IMG/VR virus record: IMGVR_UViG_3300042478_002332
DNA length: 43,336 bases
Source of the DNA: a virus
Reading direction: 5' to 3' (one strand)
Shown: piece by piece, positions 13,999 through 20,402 of the stretch
How the letters are laid out: each line of letters opens with the position of its first letter
Position numbering within the stretch: the first letter of the stretch is position 1
Notes under the pieces: generated by a model
The model's input: the letters and a program-made list of their open reading frames with translations, nothing else
The model's database searches: none
Told to the model about the DNA's origin: nothing
Position numbers and translations under genes: made by a program

Positions 13999-14346
13999 TC
14001 AATGGCTGGCCGGCTTCGCAGGCGCGGGGGATGCGGCCGGGGCGCAGTTGCCGCCGGGGCAGTTCGTTTTGCCGGCCTTGCATTTGCAATTAGGCGGGCA
14101 AGGGCAGGGGGTGGTGTGTCCATCCCCATGCCGGATAACCCCCGTTCCTGCGCAATCCTGGCAGCATTTGGAGGGGGTCGGCGGGGCCGGGGCCGGATTG
14201 GGCGCGGCCTCGACCGCAAAGGCCGCATAGGCAGCGGCGCACGCGGCGGCAGCCTTTGGGGCTTCGGCATCGATCGCGGCCGGATCAGAGGACAGCCAGA
14301 CCAGAAACGCGGTCAGCCACCGCCATAGCGCCAGCATGATTACCAT
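13999..14346 (-). CDS. membrane-anchored Cys-rich protein with a DnaJ-like CxxCxGxG motif
   Basis: N-terminal TM MVIMLALWRWLTAFLVWL, an Ala/Pro linker, then CCQDCAGTGVIRHGDGHTTPCPCPPNCKCKAGKTNCPGGNC. Confidence 0.6.
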   Translation of the reverse strand: MVIMLALWRWLTAFLVWLSSDPAAIDAEAPKAAAACAAAYAAFAVEAAPNPAPAPPTPSKCCQDCAGTGVIRHGDGHTTPCPCPPNCKCKAGKTNCPGGNCAPAASPAPAKPASH

Positions 14347-14603
14347 CCTTCCCCGTGGCGAACGGTTCGCACATCATCCGGCCGCGCCCGCGCGTGAACG
14401 AATTGCGCCGGCTGCCCGTCATCCTGCGGCGGTTGCTCCGCGGCAAGCATGATCCAAAGCCCGGTTTTCGCGAGCCGCGCAAGCGCCTTGAGGAATGGCC
14501 GATCGGCCAGCGGCGCGGGCTTCGGCGGCGACGAGTGCCACCAACCGACAGCGAGACAGACGGCGCAGATGAGCGCGAGCGTGCGCGGCTTAATCGTAAC
14601 CAT
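14340..14603 (-). CDS. small membrane protein (87 aa)
   Basis: TM segment TLALICAVCLAVGWW. AGGGG lies before the ATG. Sits in the lysis cassette. Confidence 0.55.
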   Translation of the reverse strand: MVTIKPRTLALICAVCLAVGWWHSSPPKPAPLADRPFLKALARLAKTGLWIMLAAEQPPQDDGQPAQFVHARARPDDVRTVRHGEGW

Positions 14604-14610
14604 GAAACCC

Positions 14611-15723
14611 CTAGCGATTGGAAATTGTTTCGATGGGCGGCTGCACCCAGCCGCCGTGATCTAGTTCGCGGAACCGGAAACCATCGACGCCAGCAATCGA
14701 GAAACTATCGCCCTCACTCAACGCGCGTTGCGCATCTTCGAACGTGATCCAATATGAGCCGTCCGGTTGATCGGCTGGATTCTTGCCGCCGCCCTGCCAG
14801 TTCGAACCCCACGAATTGATAATTAGGATTCCGTCGCGCGGGTTCCGCATCGTGCCGGCGGCATTCTTTGCGTAGCGAACCGCTATCGCGCATTGACAAT
14901 GCGCCCAGCCCTGCGGCGTGCGCTTCGCGAAACCGTCCTCGTCGCGTGTCGTGGAGAAGGACAACCCGCAACAGATCACCACAGGAAACCCAGACTCCAA
15001 ACTGGCCGCGCATTGCTCGACGGTTTCAATCAAGGCAACGTTTCGCGCGCGGTGTTCGTTCGCGAGTTTGTCGAGCCGGCCGGCGTCATTCTTTCCGCCG
15101 CAGCCATACGCGCCCCATTCTTTCGCGCGGGCAGGATCGTACACGCGAAGATCGGCGCCGTTGCCGTAGTCCTGACGATAGAGAATCCCGCCGATCCCCG
15201 ATTTCATGCCGGCGCACCACCGCGCCGCCGCGGCCCCGTACGATCCATCCGAATAGCCGGCGTATGTGATGCCGCGCGATTCGCAACGGCTTCCCCCATA
15301 GATCGCTTCCGTTGCGACCAGCAACGGCGGGGCCGGAAGCCGGCCGAGCGCATGGTCTACGCTTTGGCCTACGAATGACCCCATAGCCCAGCCCATCGAA
15401 ACACAGTCCCCGATTCCCTGTTTCCAGGGGCCGAACGGCTGCCCGTATACTTCGCGGTGCGCTTTGTCCGCGAAGCGCCACAGAAAAGCGTCTTTGCCTT
15501 GCGCCTTCGCGACAACTTCGGCGCCGGCCTGCGCGAACCGCGGCTTATCAAGTTCCGCGAGAAATTGCCGCGTGGCTTCGGGGTTTGGCGTGTAGCCGAA
15601 GTTCCTGCCGTCGATCGTAGATTCGATCCGCCGCATCATCGCTGCGGCAAACAGCGCGCACGCGATGCCAGCAATGGCAACGCCAATCAACAGCCAATCT
15701 ACTCGCTGACTATCGCGCCGCAT
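14611..15723 (-). CDS. signal-anchored papain-like (C1-type) cysteine peptidase, endolysin candidate
   Basis: N-terminal TM WLLIGVAIAGIACALFAAAMM. Motifs QGIGDCVSMGW (Gln/Cys), WAHCQCAIAV (His) and INSWGSNWQGGG (Asn-Ser-Trp). Confidence 0.65.
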   Translation of the reverse strand: MRRDSQRVDWLLIGVAIAGIACALFAAAMMRRIESTIDGRNFGYTPNPEATRQFLAELDKPRFAQAGAEVVAKAQGKDAFLWRFADKAHREVYGQPFGPWKQGIGDCVSMGWAMGSFVGQSVDHALGRLPAPPLLVATEAIYGGSRCESRGITYAGYSDGSYGAAAARWCAGMKSGIGGILYRQDYGNGADLRVYDPARAKEWGAYGCGGKNDAGRLDKLANEHRARNVALIETVEQCAASLESGFPVVICCGLSFSTTRDEDGFAKRTPQGWAHCQCAIAVRYAKNAAGTMRNPRDGILIINSWGSNWQGGGKNPADQPDGSYWITFEDAQRALSEGDSFSIAGVDGFRFRELDHGGWVQPPIETISNR

Positions 15724-16171
15724 CGGCCGCAGCCCTCGCGATCGTGCGGAACGCGGCTACCCATTGCGCCCGCTGCTCTGGCGTGATTGGCCCGCCATCG
15801 GTTCCCAGCGTGTCGGTCATGTACCGATCGATTTCCGCTCGCACCTTCGGCTGCCGCGCGCCGAGCGAATCGCCGCGAAGGCGGATTTCGCGGGCGCACA
15901 TCCGCAGATCGTCCAGCGCGGCCCCCGTCCGCAACCGCGGTTCCGGTTGCATCCCGTCATATTCGACCACCGCCCCCAGTTCGTCGGTCAGCGCCGACAG
16001 CGTAGCCGCGTCTGCGCTGGCGGTGGGGCCGATGAATCGCCCGCGCAACTGCACATCGTTTTCCGGCAGCGGCGCCGGCGTGGGAGCGCGGCTGCCGGCA
16101 TTCGACAGATACGAAAGCAACGCGCCGGCCGCGAGCGCGAGCGCGAGAATGTACCGCGTGCGTGCGTTCAT
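15710..16171 (-). CDS. secreted or membrane-anchored protein (153 aa)
   Basis: N-terminus MNARTRYILALALAAGALLSYLSNAG. ATGA coupling to the upstream gene. Confidence 0.55.
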   Translation of the reverse strand: MNARTRYILALALAAGALLSYLSNAGSRAPTPAPLPENDVQLRGRFIGPTASADAATLSALTDELGAVVEYDGMQPEPRLRTGAALDDLRMCAREIRLRGDSLGARQPKVRAEIDRYMTDTLGTDGGPITPEQRAQWVAAFRTIARAAADAAR

Positions 16172-16413
16172 ACGCGATCACTCCCGTTGACCAGCGCCAG
16201 CGTCAACGCATCGACGGCGGAGCGCTCCTTGTCCCCCAGCAATTCGGTAGCCAGCAACCGCCCGCGCACAACGGAAAGCGCTTGGATTGCGTCTGCGTAG
16301 CCGGCGTGCGCCGGCGAGGGGACAACCGGGGCGGGCAGCCGGAACGGCAGCGCGGCAGCCCGCATCGGCCAAAGCGCCACGGCAGCCGCAGCAAGGGCTA
16401 GAGCAATCGTCAT
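16168..16413 (-). CDS. small secreted protein (81 aa)
   Basis: Trimmed to ATG 16413 (ATGA overlap with the upstream gene). N-terminus MTIALALAAAAVALWPMRAAA. Confidence 0.5.
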   Translation of the reverse strand: MTIALALAAAAVALWPMRAAALPFRLPAPVVPSPAHAGYADAIQALSVVRGRLLATELLGDKERSAVDALTLALVNGSDRV

Positions 16414-16781
16414 TTCGCGAGCCTCACCAGCGGCAACAGGGATTCGATGGCGCCGGCCGCAAACATCAGCACCAGCGACCGCACGGCAGGCCGCGCCACG
16501 ATCCAAAACGGATAAGCGAGCGCCGGCACCGCGTAATCAGCAAGCGAATCGAAGACCACGCCAACGGCGGCGATTACCATTGCCTTTTTCGCGGCGCCGT
16601 CTGACGGCAGCGCATCGACGGCGGCAATCGCCATCCGCATAGCCGCGATGAGTAATTCCCCGAACTCCGCGACGGTGATTCCACCGTAAGCCTTGAGCCT
16701 CGCAATAGCGAGGAACGCGCCCAACTTGTCTTCGAATCCCAATTGGTCGCGGGCTGCGGTGGTGGGGGCTTCGCTAATCAA
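16410..16781 (-). CDS. membrane protein, holin candidate (123 aa)
   Basis: Hydrophobic segments AMVIAAVGVVFDSLA and SLVLMFAAGAIESLL. First gene of the membrane-protein run upstream of the peptidase. Confidence 0.45.
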   Translation of the reverse strand: MISEAPTTAARDQLGFEDKLGAFLAIARLKAYGGITVAEFGELLIAAMRMAIAAVDALPSDGAAKKAMVIAAVGVVFDSLADYAVPALAYPFWIVARPAVRSLVLMFAAGAIESLLPLVRLAK

Positions 16782-17278
16782 TCTAAGACTCCCGCTATAT
16801 AGATATCCACGGACGCGGCAGCGGTTGTGGAAAGGTTTTCGATTACAACTTTTCGCGACGAACCGCTGACCGTGTAGCCGCTCGCGGCATCCAGCGCGAA
16901 CAGCGTGGCGCCGGCCGGCAGCGCGATAGCCCCGGCGCTATAGCCGGCCCAGCGATCCGCGTCCGCTTCGCCAAACGAAACCGCGGCGGCTGCGGAACGG
17001 TTGATCACCGCGAGCATTTTGACTTTCCACAGCGCGACCGTACCCGTTCCGCCGAACGCGACCATAGGCAGCGCGTATAAATCCAGCGTGACCGAATCGC
17101 CGGCCGGGATCGCGACCAGATCGCGCCAATAGGCATTCGCCTGCCCTGCGGCGCTGCCATGCGTAAGCGCGATCGATTGCACCACGGTTGCCGTATCGGT
17201 AACGGCGGTTGCGGTCAGATCGTCAACCCACCGCGGCACCAATCGCAGCAAGCCCGACAGCGAAAACGTGGACGGCAT
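16778..17278 (-). CDS. hypothetical (probably structural) protein, paralogue of 17285..17794
   Basis: Shares IPAGDSVTLDLYALP, WKVKMLAVINRS and VVIENLSTTAAASVDIYIAG with its neighbour in the same order. Confidence 0.6.
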   Translation of the reverse strand: MPSTFSLSGLLRLVPRWVDDLTATAVTDTATVVQSIALTHGSAAGQANAYWRDLVAIPAGDSVTLDLYALPMVAFGGTGTVALWKVKMLAVINRSAAAAVSFGEADADRWAGYSAGAIALPAGATLFALDAASGYTVSGSSRKVVIENLSTTAAASVDIYIAGVLD

Positions 17279-17284
17279 ACGGGG

Positions 17285-17794
17285 CTACTCCGCTTCGACC
17301 GATGTTCCGATCAGCACGATCGAATACGAAACCGGATCGGTATTGATGTTCGCGATCCGCAGCACGCTATTTGCCGCGTCAACCGGCCATGCGTCCGCGT
17401 TATTGATCGACAGCATTTCGGAGCCTGGGCCAACTTCGAATGCGTAGGTTTCGCCGGTCGCGTCGGCGCCCACGCGGATCGACATTCCCGGCTCCGTTTC
17501 CGCGTTGACGATGCGCACCGCGCGGAGTTGCCGAATCGTGCAAGGCACGGACACGCCGAGCGTCGTTTGCGTCAGCGACAACAGATCGATGGCGTCAATC
17601 GACTCTGCGGGGATCGTGCGGCTATCGGCCCAGACCACATCGGCCGCGCCCGTGCCGGAACCGTCACCGATGGAGTAGGTCGCGCTGACTACGTTTCGAT
17701 TGGTGATCGATCCGTTTTCCTGCGTATCGACCCGCGCCCATTGCATCCGCGTAGCAATCGATCCGCTGAAAACGTCGCTTGTGGAATCCGCCAT
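17285..17794 (-). CDS. hypothetical (probably structural) protein, paralogue of 16778..17278
   Basis: Contains IPAESIDAIDLLSLT, RQLRAVRIVNAE and LRIANINTDPVSYSIVLIGT. Confidence 0.6.
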   Translation of the reverse strand: MADSTSDVFSGSIATRMQWARVDTQENGSITNRNVVSATYSIGDGSGTGAADVVWADSRTIPAESIDAIDLLSLTQTTLGVSVPCTIRQLRAVRIVNAETEPGMSIRVGADATGETYAFEVGPGSEMLSINNADAWPVDAANSVLRIANINTDPVSYSIVLIGTSVEAE

Positions 17795-18024
17795 TACAAC
17801 AGCCCTTCCGCGATTGCCCGCTTAACAGCCTCGACCGTGCAGCCCAGTTTCCAGGCCAGATATTCAAGGTCGCTCCGCGTCAGCCGCGGGCGGCTTGTGA
17901 TCTTGCCCCAACAGTTATGCGATACCGTGTAGTCGCTGACTGCCGATTGCGATTCGCCGGCAGCGGCGATCGCTTCGCGCCCGTCAGCGCCTCCGCGGCG
18001 CCAATGGTTCCAACGCGAAATCAC
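17794..18024 (-). CDS. hypothetical protein (76 aa, GTG start)
   Basis: Track ORF with GGAGG 9 nt upstream of the GTG. Confidence 0.45.
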   Translation of the reverse strand: MISRWNHWRRGGADGREAIAAAGESQSAVSDYTVSHNCWGKITSRPRLTRSDLEYLAWKLGCTVEAVKRAIAEGLL

Positions 18025-18042
18025 GCCAGCGCCTCCGCGTTC

Positions 18043-18077
18043 AGCCTACGCGCGGGGGGCTACGGTGGGCCGGTCTA
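18043..18077 (-). promoter_or_regulatory. Bipartite motif copy c: TAGACC-N23-TAGGCT
   Basis: Minus strand: CCATAGACCggcccaccgtagccccccgcgcgTAGGCT. The TAG is the stop codon of 18075..18686. Confidence 0.45.
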
Positions 18078-18686
18078 TGGTTCGCCGGCTTCGCATTCGG
18101 CAAGGCAGCCGGCATAGCCCGCGATATCGACGGGGGTATCGTTCGTTTTCCGGTCGCCTTGATGCCGCGCGGCTTTGTCGAGAATCATAATCAAAGCCCA
18201 ATCCGCAGCCGTGAACGGCTCGCGGAGTTTCGCCGCGAAAATTGCATTGATCGCGCCAACCGTCCGCGCGAAATGCTCGCGCGGCGGCGAGTAGTTCGCC
18301 CGCCGTTCGCGCGTCGTGTCCGCGGCCAGCCGCAACAGCCGTTCCGCCTCGCTTTCGGCAGCCGCGGTTAGCCCATCCCCCAGCATCCGCGGCGCCGGCT
18401 CGCGCGGTTCCTCGCGGCCGGCTCGCAACTCGCGATCCCCGCGCAGAATCCAATCGGAAGGGTGGGCATCCGTGGCCGCTTCCGCGACCGGCGGCAGGAT
18501 GCCGGCTTGCGTGTCTAGTTTCATCGCTTGCAACTCCTTTTGCAGCCCATCGATATAGCCCAGCAACCGCAGCACATCGGCCGCGAGGCTGCCAGACGTT
18601 CCCGCGTCAAGGCAGCCCGCGAACCGCAACGCGCGGCGCTTGGCTGCCGCGAAATACTCGTCATTGAGTTTATACGGCAGCGCCAT
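18075..18686 (-). CDS. hypothetical protein with a DUF6378-like C-terminal domain (assignment from memory)
   Basis: ANYSPPREHFARTVGAINAIF...FTAADWALIMILDKAARHQGD...DTPVDIAGYAGC. Start trimmed to ATG 18686. Confidence 0.5.
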   Translation of the reverse strand: MALPYKLNDEYFAAAKRRALRFAGCLDAGTSGSLAADVLRLLGYIDGLQKELQAMKLDTQAGILPPVAEAATDAHPSDWILRGDRELRAGREEPREPAPRMLGDGLTAAAESEAERLLRLAADTTRERRANYSPPREHFARTVGAINAIFAAKLREPFTAADWALIMILDKAARHQGDRKTNDTPVDIAGYAGCLAECEAGEP

Positions 18687-18716
18687 TATCCACGCGAAGC
18701 CCTGCAATGCCAGAGT

Positions 18717-19712
18717 TTAGGAAGACCTAACCGAACCATCGTCGGCAATGCGATAGTTGCGCACATCGAAGGAACCGCCGGCGCCAACGTCGCAAATGGC
18801 GAAGCCATGATTCCAAGAGTTGATAACCGAATAGGCCGGGGTGAGGTCAGCAAGGCAGCCGCAAGACCACGAAAACGTTTCTTCGTGCCACATATTCGGC
18901 TCACTGTGTCCGCTGGTGCGGTGATGATGCCCGACTAGCACGGTTGTTTTTGTCCGCACCCACGCGCCCCGCGCGGCGTTGACGGGGGACGCAAGTTGCC
19001 GCGGCAATTCGTGGCCGTGCAGCACGGTGAGTTTTCCCAGCATGACCGGGCGTTGATCCTCGACTAGATCGATGCCGTGTCGCGCAAGATGCAGCCAATT
19101 CGATAGCCCCATTTCCGGCATATCGGAGATTTCCGGCGCATGCTGAAAGAGCCACGATTGCCAACGTTCCTCATGGTTTCCCAATTTGAGAACGATCGGA
19201 ATCCGGCGGAACTCTTGCCGCAGCCACGCGAAAAATTGGCGCGACTGATCTAGTTCGCGTTTGAAATCGCGTTCCGCGGGATTCTTTTCCCATCGCGAAA
19301 TCGAATAGAAATCAACCGCATCCCCGTTGATGAGGATGCCGCGCACCTTATCACGCTTGAGTTTTGCCACCGCAGCCGCGAGCGCGAAATCGGAATGGTA
19401 GGGAATGTGGATATCCGACAAGATGCCAACGGGGCCGGTTGCGGGGAACTCATATCGCAGCCACGGCTTCGCCACGGAAACCGGGGCCGCGATGCCCTGC
19501 CCAGGCTCGCGCGGGGCGCGTTTGAATGCCGGCTGTTTGCGCCCCTTGTTGTTTATCAACCCAAGTTCGCGGCGCACCCGCGAGCGCGCCGCGTCTAGCG
19601 TAATCGCGCCGTTTGATTTCTCGACCAGCGCCCGCGCGAGCGATCGCGCCGGATGGTCAGGGTAGCGAGCGATGATGCGTTGCGCAATTCGCGCGATCGG
19701 GTCGAGTGGCAT
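18717..19712 (-). CDS. calcineurin-like metallophosphoesterase with an N-terminal extension of about 80 aa
   Basis: All motifs are present: LSDIHIPYH, INGDAVD, LGNHEE, VLHGHE, VGHHHR. Confidence 0.85.
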   Translation of the reverse strand: MPLDPIARIAQRIIARYPDHPARSLARALVEKSNGAITLDAARSRVRRELGLINNKGRKQPAFKRAPREPGQGIAAPVSVAKPWLRYEFPATGPVGILSDIHIPYHSDFALAAAVAKLKRDKVRGILINGDAVDFYSISRWEKNPAERDFKRELDQSRQFFAWLRQEFRRIPIVLKLGNHEERWQSWLFQHAPEISDMPEMGLSNWLHLARHGIDLVEDQRPVMLGKLTVLHGHELPRQLASPVNAARGAWVRTKTTVLVGHHHRTSGHSEPNMWHEETFSWSCGCLADLTPAYSVINSWNHGFAICDVGAGGSFDVRNYRIADDGSVRSS

Positions 19713-19991
19713 TTAATCCTCTTGATCGTCAGGCTGCCGGAAGCGGTAGGCGTGAATGACCGCGGAAAGTTCGTCCGCGGATTCCGAAACCACGGATTCG
19801 GAGAAATCAGGCCACCGCGCGTGTATCCATTCGTGTAGCAACACGTTTAGGAAATCTTCGCCGTGGAGTTTGCTCGACACGCGGATAGTGCGCGTGTTGT
19901 AGTCACAATCGCCGTGTATCGTTTTTGGTACGCGGCAATGGCGAATCGTCCAGCGCTCGCCGTTAACGTAGATCGTCCGCGCGCTAGCCAT
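19713..19991 (-). CDS. small HExxH zinc-metallopeptidase-like protein (SprT/WLM-like minimal domain)
   Basis: NVLLHEWIHARWP. The stop abuts the ATG of the phosphoesterase gene (TAAATG). Confidence 0.55.
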   Translation of the reverse strand: MASARTIYVNGERWTIRHCRVPKTIHGDCDYNTRTIRVSSKLHGEDFLNVLLHEWIHARWPDFSESVVSESADELSAVIHAYRFRQPDDQED

Positions 19992-19997
19992 GCCGCG

Positions 19998-20033
19998 GTT
20001 ATACGGGGCCGCGGAGGGGTTCCGGCCGGTCTA
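19998..20033 (-). promoter_or_regulatory. Bipartite motif copy e: TAGACC-N24-TATAAC, 6 nt before ATG 19991
   Basis: Minus strand: CACTAGACCggccggaacccctccgcggccccgTATAACcgcggcATG. The TAG is the stop codon of 20031..20402. Confidence 0.45.
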
Positions 20034-20402
20034 GTGCGAGCCGAAATAGAAGTGCTGCGCGGCCCTCGCGGCATCCCTGACCGCATATTGCGCACGGTTC
20101 CCGGCCTCCGTAAGCCACCGCTTTCGGGCGGCGCAGCCGCAGCCCCCCGGCCTGCCGGCCGTTCGCGTCCATTTCTCGACGCGCTCTTGCGTGATGCCGA
20201 TCGCGGTAAGCCCGCGCTCCACCAGCGCGCCAACGTCAATCGGCCTCCAATCGTCAGTTTTCGGCCGCGGGTAGGCAGGGTGGTCAACGTCAACGAGCCA
20301 GCGGTCGCCGTCCTGCTCGACCACGCACGGCATCACCTCCGCGAGCGTATAGCCACGCTGCTCGCACCGCGCTTCAAGGTGCTTTCGGTGGCAGCGAATC
20401 AC
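20031..20402 (-). CDS. hypothetical protein (123 aa, GTG start)
   Basis: Track ORF 20031..20516 trimmed to GTG 20402, which overlaps the fibre-gene stop (GTGA). Confidence 0.4.
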   Translation of the reverse strand: MIRCHRKHLEARCEQRGYTLAEVMPCVVEQDGDRWLVDVDHPAYPRPKTDDWRPIDVGALVERGLTAIGITQERVEKWTRTAGRPGGCGCAARKRWLTEAGNRAQYAVRDAARAAQHFYFGSH

